Assembly: GCA_963843375.1 (NCBI GenBank)
Contig: CAWJKT010000011.1
Span: 256,001 to 320,000, forward strand
DNA length: 64,000 nt
Direction of reading: 5' to 3'
DNA from: an uncultured Pseudomonadota bacterium
GTDB taxonomy: Bacteria > Oederibacteriota > Muellerivitia > Muellerivitales > Muellerivitaceae
Of the stretch, positions 1-11,234 are shown piece by piece. The position numbers and the translations under genes are program-made. The notes beneath the pieces are model-generated. The model was not told the origin of the DNA. It saw only the letters and a program-made list of their open reading frames with translations, and ran no database searches. Numbering within the stretch: the first letter of the stretch is position 1; every line of letters starts with the position of its first letter.

Positions 1-1
1 T

Positions 2-787
2 TACGGCCATTTGGACCTGGGTCCCGCTTCGGTGTTTTACGAAAAGGAAGAAGATTGGAAAAAAAACCTGCGGCACGGAGCCAAAGACGTAAGCAACAAC
101 GCCCTGGCGGTCTTGACGACCCCGGACGGGAGCCTGAAATACCAAACCCGGTATCATGGGGATTTTCAGCCGGAACAGGACCTGAAAACGGGCCAGGATT
201 ACTCGACGGGCTGGATGGACATGCAGTTTCAGGTTGAAGATCGCCTCTCCAACGCGGTTCCCGAGGAGGTTTACGAACCTCAGCCCTTTCCCTACCAAAA
301 GGACCCCGAACCCGCCCTTCATTTCGAGGTCCTGCGCCAGCCGGACAAGAAAGAGGGCTGGCTGGGATATCAAAGCTCACCGGTTTCTTTTATGCTGGCC
401 GACGGGCAGAACTTATCCATCGCTTACGGCCCCCAGCGGCTGGAGTTGCCTTTCCAGCTCCAACTGGTTAAGTTCAACGTAGGTTTTGATCCCGGAACCG
501 AGAAGCCCGCTTCCTACGCCAGCAACGTCTATTACATAGATCCAGAAAAGGGGACCCAGGTTCCGGTTACCATCAGCATGAACAACCCGCTCCATTATCT
601 GGGTTATACCGTGTACCAGGCCAGTTACGAGGCGGAAGCGGACGGCACCTATACTTCAGTCTTTTCCGTAGGGAAGGATCCTGGCATTTATTTAAAATAC
701 GGCGGGGCGATCGTGCTGGTCTCGGGGATCATCTTTATGTTTTGGTTTAAAAATCCGGCTTGGAAGAAGGAAGCGAATGAGGTTTAA
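2..787 (+). CDS. ccsB: Cytochrome c biogenesis protein ResB/CcsB-like (System II), 5' part outside window
   Basis: C-terminal ResB-type signature LPFQLQLVKF..PASYAS..ISMNNPL..GYTVYQASY..DPG followed by a TM helix; overlaps ccsA; frame is open to the window edge. Confidence 0.8.
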   Translation, partial: YGHLDLGPASVFYEKEEDWKKNLRHGAKDVSNNALAVLTTPDGSLKYQTRYHGDFQPEQDLKTGQDYSTGWMDMQFQVEDRLSNAVPEEVYEPQPFPYQKDPEPALHFEVLRQPDKKEGWLGYQSSPVSFMLADGQNLSIAYGPQRLELPFQLQLVKFNVGFDPGTEKPASYASNVYYIDPEKGTQVPVTISMNNPLHYLGYTVYQASYEAEADGTYTSVFSVGKDPGIYLKYGGAIVLVSGIIFMFWFKNPAWKKEANEV

Positions 788-2549
788 AAAAGTAAAAAGG
801 GGACATGAAGGCATTCAGAAAGTCTTTTTTAAAATGATAAATACAAAACTTTTCATCCGCCTTCTTTTGCTTTTCTTCGTGTCTTTGTCCCTTCGCGGTT
901 CAACCGCCTTTGCCGACGCGCTGAATTTCAAGACCTTATCCCTCATTCCCATCCAAGAGGGGGGCCGCATCAAGCCCTTCGACACCTTCGCCCGCGAAAG
1001 CGTGCGGCTCGTGACGGGTCATGAACACTTTGAGGGCCAAAATTCCATTACGACGGTACTGGATTGGGCCACCCATCCCCAGAACTGGGAGAACAAGGAT
1101 TTTATTCTTGTCGACAACCTGGATTTTCGCGCCCTCATCGGCCTGCCCAACAGTCAGGGGAAAGTCTCGCCCCACTTTTTGGTGAACCATGAGGGTTTCA
1201 TTTCTTACGCCAAGACCAGCTACGCCAAACAACAAAAAAAGATGGCGCTGGATCCCAAGGAAAAGGAAGCCTTGGCGGTTTTCGGTCGTCTCCAGCGGTT
1301 CGAGGACATCCGTTCGGGCGACGCCCTGTCCATGATTCCCGTCATGGACGACAAGACCCAAAAGTGGGGCACCTTCGGCGATTTGAATCGGGCTTACGCC
1401 ACCAACCAGTCCCATATACCCGCCGCGGCCATGGCGGTGTTGGAAGCTTTCGCGGGAGTCTTGAGCGCCTATGACAAACAGGAGGCGGACAAATTCCTCA
1501 ATGAAACACAAAGTCTCTCCCAAATCCTTTCGCAAATCGGGGGCCGGGATTACGCGGACATCGGCAAAATGCGCCTGGAAGTACTCTTTAACGCTCTAAA
1601 GCCATTCCGTTGGGCTTGGATCATCCATCTTTTGGCGGCAATACTCATCAGCCTTTCCCTGGCTTTCAAAAACCCCAAAATCTCCAATTGGTTTTTCAGG
1701 CCGGGTTTCCTCTGTTTTGAAGCGGGCATTGGCATCAGTATTTACGGTTTTGTCCTTCGGTGCGCCATTGCAGGCCGCCCGCCGGTTTCCAACATGTATG
1801 AGTCTCTCATCTGGGTGACCTTCGGCATGACGGTTTTCGCCCTTATCTTCGAATGGATATTCAAAACCCGGTTCTTCGCTCTGGCGGGGTCGATTTTGGC
1901 GGTAGTGGGCTTCATCTTGGCGGACAATGTTCCGACCATTCTGGACCCCTCCATCCAGCCGATCGAGCCGGTCCTTCGCAGCAACTTCTGGCTGACCATC
2001 CACGTGTTGACCATCACCCTCAGTTATGCGGCTTTCCTGCTTTCACTGGGCATCGGTCATGTGTGTCTTTGGAGCCTTTGGAAGCATCCGGGGGATAAAT
2101 CCCGTTTGCAGGGGCAGACCCGGCTTCTATATAGAGTCGTCCAGGTGGGGGTGGTGCTTTTGGCCGCCGGGACCATATTGGGCGGGGTTTGGGCTAATTA
2201 TTCCTGGGGCCGGTTTTGGGGATGGGATCCCAAGGAGACCTGGGCCCTGATTGCCCTTTTGGGTTATGTGGCCATTCTTCACGGACGTTTGGCCGGGTGG
2301 CTGAAGGAGGTGGGGTTCACCATCGGGGTGATCTGCGCTTTTCTGGGCGTCCTAATGGCTTGGTACGGGGTCAACTTTATCCTGGGTGTGGGCCTTCACA
2401 GCTATGGCTTTTCCAAGGGGGGCCTGCCCTTCGTGATAACCTTCGTTGTGGTCGAGATAGTACTGGTGACGACGGTGGGGTTGAAGGCCCGGCATGCCCA
2501 ATTGGCGCTTCGGCCCAAAGTGGATTCCAGGCCTTTGACGCAATCCTGA
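777..2549 (+). CDS. ccsA: Cytochrome c biogenesis protein CcsA/ResC (alternative start ATG 834)
   Basis: WWD motif WANYSWGRFWGWDPKETW, WLTIHV, GLHSY, multiple TM helices, N-terminal GRIKPFDT soluble domain. Confidence 0.93.
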   Translation: MRFKKVKRGHEGIQKVFFKMINTKLFIRLLLLFFVSLSLRGSTAFADALNFKTLSLIPIQEGGRIKPFDTFARESVRLVTGHEHFEGQNSITTVLDWATHPQNWENKDFILVDNLDFRALIGLPNSQGKVSPHFLVNHEGFISYAKTSYAKQQKKMALDPKEKEALAVFGRLQRFEDIRSGDALSMIPVMDDKTQKWGTFGDLNRAYATNQSHIPAAAMAVLEAFAGVLSAYDKQEADKFLNETQSLSQILSQIGGRDYADIGKMRLEVLFNALKPFRWAWIIHLLAAILISLSLAFKNPKISNWFFRPGFLCFEAGIGISIYGFVLRCAIAGRPPVSNMYESLIWVTFGMTVFALIFEWIFKTRFFALAGSILAVVGFILADNVPTILDPSIQPIEPVLRSNFWLTIHVLTITLSYAAFLLSLGIGHVCLWSLWKHPGDKSRLQGQTRLLYRVVQVGVVLLAAGTILGGVWANYSWGRFWGWDPKETWALIALLGYVAILHGRLAGWLKEVGFTIGVICAFLGVLMAWYGVNFILGVGLHSYGFSKGGLPFVITFVVVEIVLVTTVGLKARHAQLALRPKVDSRPLTQS

Positions 2550-2571
2550 CCTAATTTAGCTTTTCGCCAAT

Positions 2572-2595
2572 CCACCCTGTCCCCGAAGAGGGTGG
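2572..2595. terminator. Possible terminator hairpin between convergent genes
   Basis: CCACCCT-10 nt-AGGGTGG; weak U tract. Confidence 0.3.
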
Positions 2596-2637
2596 GTGTT
2601 CAATTCGTGGTATAACCCGGTTGAGGTTAAATATTTT

Positions 2638-4155
2638 TTAAAAACCGTATAAGGCCCCAAATTTATTTTTGAGATAACCCAAGAAAAACTCGCTGGTTAA
2701 TTCCTGCCCCGTCACTTTCTTACACAAGTCCCCGGCTCTATAGCGCTGGCCCTCGATGTGGATCTTTTCATTTAACCACTTCTTTAGGGGTTTGAAGTCT
2801 CCCTTCTCGAATTTTCCTTCCAAGGGTCCGGCCGCCTTTTCGGCGGTGGCGAAGAACTGGGCCGAATAGAGGTTGCCCAGGGTATAGGTGGGGAAATAGC
2901 CGAAACTTCCATGGCTCCAATGCACGTCCTGCAGACAACCTTGGGAGTCACTGGGCGGGGTGACGCCTAGGTATTGTTTCACGGCTTCGTTCCAGACCTT
3001 GGGCACGTCCGCTGCCTTGAGGCTTCCCGAAATCAGGGCAGTCTCGATGTCATAGCGAAGGGCGACATGCAGGTTATATGTAACTTCGTCCGATTCGGTG
3101 CGGATGAAGGAAGGGGCCGAGTGGTTGATGGCGAAATAAAAAGCCTCCAGCGTCAGGTCGTCGAAGGTGCCGGGGAAAGATTTTTTCAACTCAGGGAAGA
3201 AGAATTTCCAAAAAGCCAGGCTTCGGCCCACCAGGTTTTCCCACAGGCGGGATTGGGATTCGTGGATGCCAAGGGACACCGCCGAGGCGCGGGGGGTTCC
3301 GTAATGGTTCTCCGCGGGGAGATTCTGGTCGTAGATGCCGTGGCCGGACTCATGGAGGGTGCTGAAGAAGGCGTTCTCAAAATTGGTTTCCTCGAAACGG
3401 GTGGTGATGCGGGTGTCCCAAGGCCCCAGGCCGGTGGTAAAGGGATGGGCGGAAACGTCGATGCGGCCCTTGGCAAAATCAAAACCGATGGACTCGGATA
3501 ATTTACGGCAGAAGGCCACCTGTTGGGGAACGGGGCAGGGGCGTTTCAAAATGGAAAGGTCTGGTTGTTTTTTGGAAGAGGTAATCTTGGCCACCATTTC
3601 CGAGAGGCTTTTTTTTAGGGGTGGGAAGAGCTGGTTGAGTTTGGCAGTGGTCAGGCCCGGTTCGTAATCTTCCAAAAGGGCGTCATAGGGATGTTCCTGG
3701 TAGCCGTAACACTTGGCTTGTTCCTGCACCAGACCGATTATTTTTTCAAGCCAGGGTTGGAACCTTGAAAATTTGCTTTCCTTGCGGGCTTCCACCCATT
3801 CCACCTGGGCGTTGGAGGTGACCCGGGCCATTTCCTCCACCAGTTTCTGGGGTAGTTTGGTGGAACGGTCGTAGGAATGGCGCCATTCCCTTAAATTTAC
3901 CGAACTATCGGAAAGGGTATCGGAAGTTAGGGTCTTGGAGGATTCGGCCTTGGAGATGAGTTCCCCCACGGCGGGGTCGGTGAACTTTTGGTGGAGCATG
4001 CCGGCCAAGAGGGAAAGCTGTTCGGCCCGGTAGGGGGCGTTAGCGGGCGGCATATAGACTTCCTGATCCCAGCCCAGTACCCCGGCGGTATTGCCCAGCA
4101 CGGCGATTTCCTTCATGCGTTTTAAAAGATCCTCATAAGATTGTTCGGGAGTCAT
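2638..4155 (-). CDS. M32 family metallocarboxypeptidase (carboxypeptidase Taq-like)
   Basis: HESGH zinc motif, HPF, HESQSRLWEN, IRTESDEVTYNLH, GCLQDVHW, GYFPTYTLG. Confidence 0.95.
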   Translation of the reverse strand: MTPEQSYEDLLKRMKEIAVLGNTAGVLGWDQEVYMPPANAPYRAEQLSLLAGMLHQKFTDPAVGELISKAESSKTLTSDTLSDSSVNLREWRHSYDRSTKLPQKLVEEMARVTSNAQVEWVEARKESKFSRFQPWLEKIIGLVQEQAKCYGYQEHPYDALLEDYEPGLTTAKLNQLFPPLKKSLSEMVAKITSSKKQPDLSILKRPCPVPQQVAFCRKLSESIGFDFAKGRIDVSAHPFTTGLGPWDTRITTRFEETNFENAFFSTLHESGHGIYDQNLPAENHYGTPRASAVSLGIHESQSRLWENLVGRSLAFWKFFFPELKKSFPGTFDDLTLEAFYFAINHSAPSFIRTESDEVTYNLHVALRYDIETALISGSLKAADVPKVWNEAVKQYLGVTPPSDSQGCLQDVHWSHGSFGYFPTYTLGNLYSAQFFATAEKAAGPLEGKFEKGDFKPLKKWLNEKIHIEGQRYRAGDLCKKVTGQELTSEFFLGYLKNKFGALYGF

Positions 4156-4286
4156 GGCTTATCCTTTCATGGTCTTTTGTTGGTATGCAAAAAGTTTGTT
4201 GTCATTCGCAGGAGCAAAGCCGATAGGCTTGATTTGCAACGGTTCAAACCGTCCGGATTGGAACTGGACCTCGCAATAACATGCTT

Positions 4287-4847
4287 TTATATATCTTCGC
4301 TCAACCCAAAAACAACGGGAACGTCCTGCTGAATTAAGTTGTTGTAAAAGAGGATGTTATAGCGGGCTTCCAGGAATAGATGCTCTCCCGGGTGGATATC
4401 GAATTGAAAACCCAACCCCGCGTTGCCGGCCAGGGAGGAAGTGCTGTATCCACTCGGGTTTCCGACCTGGACGTCGTAACCGGGGCCTAATAAAAAGTAA
4501 GTGTCCACGCCCGGACCTGGAACATTGAAACGCAAGTTGAAAAAAGCCCGGTAGTCATAGGTGGAATTGCCTCCACCGGTGAAAAACCAGGGGTTGAGAT
4601 CCAATTGAAGGGCCAGAAGCGAATTCAACCGGACTCCGCCGAAGATGAGGCCGCCTCCACCCAAGGAGTAGCTGGAGTCCCAATTTTGGATGAGGGCGTC
4701 TACACCTAACCCGATTCCTAAATACCAAGGTGATACCGATGAGTTTGAGACATCGCTGTTTTCGATGGCCATGTCCTGTTGGGCCAGGACTGGGGACGCC
4801 ATAATCAAACCGAGGATGAGAAGTAGGACTTTCTTTTTCATATCCAT
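4287..4847 (-). CDS. Small outer-membrane beta-barrel protein (OmpA/OmpW-like membrane domain)
   Basis: Signal peptide ending VLA; amphipathic strands such as GNAGLGFQF and LFLEARYN. Confidence 0.6.
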   Translation of the reverse strand: MDMKKKVLLLILGLIMASPVLAQQDMAIENSDVSNSSVSPWYLGIGLGVDALIQNWDSSYSLGGGGLIFGGVRLNSLLALQLDLNPWFFTGGGNSTYDYRAFFNLRFNVPGPGVDTYFLLGPGYDVQVGNPSGYSTSSLAGNAGLGFQFDIHPGEHLFLEARYNILFYNNLIQQDVPVVFGLSEDI

Positions 4848-4895
4848 CCTTTTTTATCCATGAGACGATTAAAATCGGATTATACCTTTAGATTA

Positions 4896-5867
4896 TTAAG
4901 ACTTGAAGATCCCACCGATGAATTGGATATCCTCCGCGGACAGGGGTTTGCCCTCGCCGGCCAGGTTGACCTGAACTTGGTTAAGATTCCGGAAGCCTGG
5001 GATCACGCAGCAAACCAAGGGATTGGCCAAAAGGTATTGCAGGGCCACCCGGGCCAAATCTTTGACCTCTTTTCCGAAACGGGATTTTAATTTTTCGATT
5101 TTAGGCTGGACCGCCAAAAGGGACTCAGTAGTAAAACGCTGGTCGCCCTTGCGGTGATCGCCCTCGTCGAACTTGGGTGGATTCTTGGGATCGAACTTGC
5201 CCAAAAGGATGCCCTGGTTCAGGGGGGAGAAGGCGACGAAACTCATTTTCTTTTCGACGAGGAGCTTGTGGACGGGCGTTCCCTCGCGGACGAATTGGTC
5301 GTCCATGATGTGGGCCCAGCTTTGCAGCACGTCGGGCTTGACCCTGGGAACCAGTTTTACGAAGTCCTCGTTGGAATAGGCCGACTGGCCAATAAGGCGG
5401 ATCTTGCCTTCTTTTTTTAATTGAAACATGACCGCCACGGCGTCATCGAGATAGCGGGCGTTAGGCCCGAAATCCCCATGGTGGAAATAATATATGTCGA
5501 GGACATCCCGCTTGAGGTTGATCAAGGACTGCTCGCATTGGTGCCGGATATGGGCTGGTTCATAAGCGCTGGCCGCGGTGCCGGGGAACCAGCCGACCTT
5601 GGTGGCGATGATGAGTTTCTTGGTACGCTCCCCCAGGATTTCGGAAAGCATGCGCTCCGCCCGGCCGTTGCCGTAAACATCCGCGTTGTCGAAATGATTC
5701 ACGCCCTGGTCCAGGGCGTAGTCGATAGCCTTTTTAACCTCCACTGCGTTCACGTCGGCCCAGCCATTGGGGCTTCCATTCACCCAATTCAATCCACCGA
5801 GGGTCCAGCAGCCCAGGCTGATTTCCGAGACTTCAATGCTGGATTGGCCGATTTTACGGTATTTCAT
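4896..5867 (-). CDS. Aldo/keto reductase
   Basis: MKYRKIG..VSEISLGCW, FDNADVYGNG, IATKVG, DIYYFH, VIPGFRN; start taken at ATG 5867. Confidence 0.93.
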   Translation of the reverse strand: MKYRKIGQSSIEVSEISLGCWTLGGLNWVNGSPNGWADVNAVEVKKAIDYALDQGVNHFDNADVYGNGRAERMLSEILGERTKKLIIATKVGWFPGTAASAYEPAHIRHQCEQSLINLKRDVLDIYYFHHGDFGPNARYLDDAVAVMFQLKKEGKIRLIGQSAYSNEDFVKLVPRVKPDVLQSWAHIMDDQFVREGTPVHKLLVEKKMSFVAFSPLNQGILLGKFDPKNPPKFDEGDHRKGDQRFTTESLLAVQPKIEKLKSRFGKEVKDLARVALQYLLANPLVCCVIPGFRNLNQVQVNLAGEGKPLSAEDIQFIGGIFKS

Positions 5868-6095
5868 AAGGGCTCCCCTTGATTGGAATTTCCCAAGACT
5901 ACACAAAGCAATCGCCTTTTCATAGCGGATAAACCGAGATTTTCGCCTGTGGGTTGGGTAAAAGTTTCCCGTCTGGGTAATTTCATGATGCCTTCAATGA
6001 CGCTTGAGTGAATTATCGACCCGATTCCGTACAACTTTTTGGCACGACCGTTGCCTTACTGAATGCCATAGATGATCAAACCAAGGAGAACGAAT

Positions 6096-6505
6096 ATGAA
6101 ACACAACGATTTTAAAATCTTAATCGCGGAGGATGATCCGGGAGTCCGCCGTTTATATGAAAAGGCTTTCAAGAGGAAGGCTATGAGGTTGTTTTGGTGG
6201 AGGCAGGCGGCCAAGTCACGGCCGAATTAGCCGAAAACTCCTATGACCTTTTGATTACCGATTTGAAATTGCCGGGAATGAGCGCACTGGAGGCCCTTCC
6301 CGAAATCCGCAAGAAACATCCCCGGCTGCCTATCATCGTGGTGTCGGGTTACTACGTGAACTTGATCGAGGAATTCGACAAAAAGGGTTTCAACGTCAAT
6401 CTGTTCCTCAACAAACCTTTGAGCCTAAGCGACCTGAAAAAGGCGGTTCGCCGGGTGCTGGGATTGTCCGCAGCGGAAGAAACCAGGGGTCAGGCGGCAT
6501 CTTAA
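6096..6505 (+). CDS. Single-domain response regulator (receiver), 1-nt frameshift near 6172
   Basis: AAGGAG RBS, ATG 6096, MKHNDFKILIAEDDPGVRRLYEKAF; continues in another frame as EEGYEVVLV..YDLLITDLKLPGMS..IIVVSG..FLNKP. Confidence 0.85.
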
Positions 6506-6643
6506 AATGAAGGTTAGAATAAAATTCCTGTTACCACTAAGCGCACCAAGAAATGAATGGAAAAAATATTTAAAAAATTTGTTCCTCAAGCTTTCTTCCT
6601 CTTTTTCTTGGAATCCTTAGTGTTTTCAAGTATCGAAATATAT

Positions 6644-7585
6644 TTATTTTTTAAAGCTAGCCTTGGCCAAGCGGTCATTAATCGCTCGGCCCAGGCCCTG
6701 ATCCGGGACCGGGAGAGCTAAAATGACATCCAAATTCTTCTCATCCAGCCTCCTCATGGCGGCGAAAAGATTCGCCGCCGCTTCCTTCAAATCACCTTGA
6801 TTGGACAAAACCTCGATCGCGGTGTAAGGGGTTGGGTCCTGGGGTTTTCCCAGAGCCAGCAGACCGATCCTCTTTCCGACCGGTAGGGAATTCATCGGGA
6901 CACCCAAAACCATGGGTGTGCGAAGTGCATAGTGACTTTCCAATTGCCCCGGGGCCTGGGGAATACCCGCCACCTTTGGTTTGACCAAGACCGGGCCTAT
7001 CAGCGCTTGGATTTCCTCCAATGGCGCGCCGCCTAGTCGCAGGAGCAGGGGCTCCTTTTCGATAAAAGAAATGACCGTGGACTCCACGCCGATTTGGCAG
7101 GGGCCACCGTCTAGGATCATTCCAATCTTGTTTCCCAAGGACCGGCGGACATGTTCGGCGGTGGTGGGGCTGACCTGTCCGAAGGGGTTGGCGCTGGGAG
7201 CCGCGATGGGCCGTCCGGACTCCCGAATTAATTCCAAGGCCATGGGGTGGTTGGGAACCCGAATGGCGACGGTGGGAAGGGAGGAGGTTACGATATCGGG
7301 CACCAAAGAGGCTTTGGAGAGTACAACGGTCAGCGGCCCCGGCCAAAACTTTTCAATGAGCTTTAAGGCTTTTTCCGGGAATTTGGTGACCAGGATTTCA
7401 GCCTGCCGCATATCCGCCACATGCACGATTAGGGGATCGAATTGGGGGCGGTTTTTCACCTCGAAGATTTCGGCCACCGCATAAGGGTTCAGGGCGTCGG
7501 CTCCAAGGCCATAGACGGTTTCGGTGGGGAAGGCCACGAGCCCTCCTTCCTGAATCAATTGAGCGGCTTTTTGAATCTCGGTCAT
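6644..7585 (-). CDS. sua5: L-threonylcarbamoyladenylate synthase (Sua5, with C-terminal SUA5 domain)
   Basis: VAFPTETVYGLGADA, KNRP..DPLIVH, AAPSANP, GVEST, APGQLESHY. Confidence 0.95.
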   Translation of the reverse strand: MTEIQKAAQLIQEGGLVAFPTETVYGLGADALNPYAVAEIFEVKNRPQFDPLIVHVADMRQAEILVTKFPEKALKLIEKFWPGPLTVVLSKASLVPDIVTSSLPTVAIRVPNHPMALELIRESGRPIAAPSANPFGQVSPTTAEHVRRSLGNKIGMILDGGPCQIGVESTVISFIEKEPLLLRLGGAPLEEIQALIGPVLVKPKVAGIPQAPGQLESHYALRTPMVLGVPMNSLPVGKRIGLLALGKPQDPTPYTAIEVLSNQGDLKEAAANLFAAMRRLDEKNLDVILALPVPDQGLGRAINDRLAKASFKK

Positions 7586-7682
7586 AAAGGCCTTATAAAA
7601 TTTGATTAAATTGTATGATAAGAGGCTTCATCAAATAATGATAAATATTGGTGATTCCGGGGAACAAAAAGAAAAGCCCAAG

Positions 7683-10512
7683 TTAACCGGTGTTTTTCAA
7701 TCCCGCGGCGATGCCGTTGATCGTCATGAGGATGGCGTCTTCCAGTTCCCGCTTTTCCGCCGGATCGGGCCGGCTGCGGAAACGTTTGATGAGTTCGATC
7801 TGGATGAAACTCAAGGGATCGATGTAGGGATTGCGCCGGTTAATGGATTCGTGAAGTGGACGGTCCTTCTCCAAGAGTTCCTTTATTCGCGCGATCTGGC
7901 AGATCACCGCGAAAGTCCGGTCGTATTCGCCTTTGATGCGGTCGAATATTTCCTTGGCCAGGGCCTTGTCCGGCACCAAATCGGCGTATCGACGGGCAAT
8001 GTCCATGTCAGCCTTGGCCAGGATCATTTGGGCGTTGTCCAGGACGGTCTTGAAAAAAGGCCATTGGTTATACATTTCCTGAAGTATGGCCAAAACTTTC
8101 GGATCCGTTTTCAGATATTCCTCCACCGCTCCGCCCAGACCATACCAACCCGGCAAGGTATGTCGGCTCTGCATCCAGGCGAAAACCCAGGGGATGGCCC
8201 GAAGGTTCTCAATCGAATCATCCTGTGCCCGCCGCGCGGGGCGGCTTCCCAGGCTGTGCCGGCTGATGTCGTCGATGGGAGTGGCGGAATAGAAATACTC
8301 CTTGAAGCGTGGATGTTCGTAAACCAGGGAACGGTATATTTCCAACGAACGTTTGGCGAGCCGGTCCATAATTTGTCGCCATTCAGCCTTGGGTATGACT
8401 TCCCGGGAGGGGAAGGAACCCCGCAGGACCGCGTTGACGATTTGTTCGAGGTGCCAGCGGGCGGTGGGGGGATCGGCGTAATGGTCGCTGATGACCTCGC
8501 CCTGTTCGGTGATTTTCAAGCGGCCTTTCAGTGTACCCGGCGGCTGGGCCAAAATGGCCTGCCCGGTGGGGCCGCCGCCACGGCCAATGCTGCCGCCACG
8601 GCCATGGAATAGCCTCAGGGCGATCTGGTGGGAATCGGCCAGCCGGTTCAAGTCGGCTTGAGCCCGGTAAAGGGCCCAATTCGCCGAAAGGTACCCACTT
8701 TCCTTATTGGAATCGCTGTAACCCAGCATGATTTCCTGGACGTCCCCCCGCAATTTCAGGTGGGCTCGATAGGATTCATTTTTTAAGAGGTGGCCCAGGA
8801 TTCCGCTGGAACGTTTCAGGTCATCACGAGTTTCAAAGAGAGGGACAATATTCAAGTGACTGAACTGGCCTTTGTGGTACAACCCGGCTTCCCTCAGGAA
8901 AAGAAGCACGGCCAGGACGTCTGAAACCCCGTGAGTCATGGAAATGATGTAGGTATCGATGGCTGCGGGATTCAGGTGGTTCTGAATGGCTGCGGTGGCT
9001 TGGAAAGTTTTGAGCATCTCCGAGGTTTCGGGGCTGTAATCGAAGGAAGCGGGAACCAAGGGCCTTTCTCCGGCCAATTCTTTTTCCAGGACCAGGGTCC
9101 GATCCTCTTCCTTTAAGGAGGCGTAATCCTCGCAGACTCCGGCTTTTTTGAGGATTTCCGAAAGGGCGGACGTGTGGCGCGCTGAATGCTGGCGGATTTC
9201 CAGGCTGGCCAGGCGGAAGCCGAAAACCTGGACGTTTCGAATCACCTGGCTTAAATAACCATCGGCTAGAATCGTCCCTTTGTTGTTTCGAAGGCTTGCT
9301 TCGATTAATCGCAGGTCAGCCTCCAATTCGTACGCCGAAGGGTACCAGGTGTCGGCTGGAGGCGGTGGCGGCGGGGTTTTCCAGTCCGAGGGGAAGGCCT
9401 GGGTATGGGCGAGGGTCCGAGTCAGCTTTTCGTAAATGTAATTGCACTTTTCCCGGTAACGTTCAAAAGGAATATGGTGTGAGAGATCTTCCGCCAATTC
9501 AGGGAAAAGAAGCGTGTCCTTGACGATGGAGGCGATCAGTTCGGGGCTAATGGGGGTTTGCCTTTCGGAAGAACTCAAGCGGCGGCGGAGTTCCCCGATA
9601 CCGGTGAGGTGCATCTTCAGGGCTGCCTCGCGAAGGAGCTTAATCGTTTCCACGGTAATCTCAGGGGTAACGAAAGGGATTGCCGTCGCGGTCCCCGCCG
9701 ATCCAGGAACCGAACCGCAGGAATGGCGGCACGGTCCAGATCGTCTTCGGGTAAGCTTTTTTGAGCGAACGTTCCAATTCATGGTAGACCTGGGGAATGA
9801 CGGTGGCCAGGGTATCCTCGAAGTAGTAAAGGTTGCCCTTCACCTCGTCCGGTACTGTCAATTTCACTTGTCGAACCTCGTCCGATTGCCAGACCGAAAC
9901 CACCTCCTCCAGGATGTATTTCATGATGTCGTATTTCTCGTCGGGGGAAAGGTTTTCCACCACCATCCGAGTTGTGGCTTTGGCGATGCGGTGCAGTTTG
10001 GTTAGGGTGGTGCGCCGCTTGGATTCGGTGGGGTGGGCCGTAAATACCAGATGGATTTGTCCCTGGTCAAAAAGGGCCTGCAAGCTCTTGGGCAATACTC
10101 CCTGTTCCTCAAGAATGGAAACGGCCGAGGAAACGGATCCGGGTCTGGGCTTGAGGATTCCGTCCTCCTGATAGGGATGTTTCAAGGATCGCACCAAGTC
10201 TACCTTTTCGGCCAGGTTAATCAGGCCGAAATAGTGGGTAAATGCCTTGGTGAGGAGATTCAGTTTCGCGAGAGGCAGTTTGGAAACGGTCTGGGCCAGT
10301 TCCTCGCCCACCTTGGGGTCGGAAGTCGTCCGGAGGGTCTTGGCCAGGTGCCGGATGCGCTCCACATGCATGAGGGCCTGAGTGCCTTCCTGGTAGGAAA
10401 TGACGCTGCCAAGGGTAGTAGCCAAGGTATCGACCAGGGAGGACAAGGAATAACTATCGACCTTGTGGTCGGTAAGGGGAGGTGAGGAGGATTTAATTTC
10501 TTCCTGGAACAT
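7683..10512 (-). CDS. ppc: Phosphoenolpyruvate carboxylase, 1-nt frameshift near 9674
   Basis: VFTAHPTE, GSWIGGDRDGNPF then frameshift into VTPEIT, MLGYSDSNKESG, FHGRGGSIGRGGGP, LRAIPWVFAW, C-terminal GLKNTG. Confidence 0.95.
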
Positions 10513-10616
10513 CGTGGATTCCTAGATTTAAACAACAGAGACAACGAAAAACCAATTAAAGACTCAAAATCAAAATGGTATTTAACCGCGTCTCCGTGCC
10601 TCCCTGTTGAAGTGGT

Positions 10617-11102
10617 TTATACCAGTTTTTCCTTGAGGATTTTTTCCGCCTGGTCGGCGCGGAATTGCTTGAGCTTTTCGCGAAGTTTAGGGTCCTTATT
10701 GGCCAGAATGGCGACGGCCAATAAAGCCGCGTTCACCGCGCCTGCCTTGCCGATCGCCAAAGTTCCCACAGGAATGCCACCAGGCATTTGGGCGGTCGAA
10801 AGAAGGGAATCCAACCCGTTCAACTTGCTTTCCATGGGGACGCCCAGTACGGGCAAAAGGGTGTGGGCCGCGCAAACTCCGGCCAAGTGGGCCGCGCCGC
10901 CGGCGGCGGCGATGACGACTTCCACGCCTCTGGCCTCAGCGCCGGAAACATACTCGGAAGTTTCCCTGGGGGTCCGGTGGGCCGAAAGCACCCGAGATTC
11001 ATGGGGCACGTCAAACTGATTCAGGGTGTCGGAAGCGTTCTTCATTACTTCCCAGTCGGATTTACTGCCCATCAAAATATTGACGAGATTCTTTTCAGGC
11101 AT
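10617..11102 (-). CDS. purE: N5-carboxyaminoimidazole ribonucleotide mutase
   Basis: ILMGSKSD, SAHRTP, AGGAAHLAG, QMPGGIPVGT. Confidence 0.97.
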   Translation of the reverse strand: MPEKNLVNILMGSKSDWEVMKNASDTLNQFDVPHESRVLSAHRTPRETSEYVSGAEARGVEVVIAAAGGAAHLAGVCAAHTLLPVLGVPMESKLNGLDSLLSTAQMPGGIPVGTLAIGKAGAVNAALLAVAILANKDPKLREKLKQFRADQAEKILKEKLV

Positions 11103-11234
11103 GCCATACCCCTTCGTTGGATTAGTGTGGGAAAGAATACCAAAAGATGGAAGTCAATAGTAAGAAGGTTTTTGAAAAAGGAGCGCAGGAAGTTTTACCT
11201 CCATTCATCCGGCTGTTCCTGTAAAATACGGCTT

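Noticed and set aside
7602..8612. 336 aa plus-strand ORF
   Set aside because: Antisense to ppc, no motifs
10788..11234. N-terminal extension of the 384 aa ORF
   Set aside because: Overlaps purE on the opposite strand; LysE similarity begins at ATG 11235
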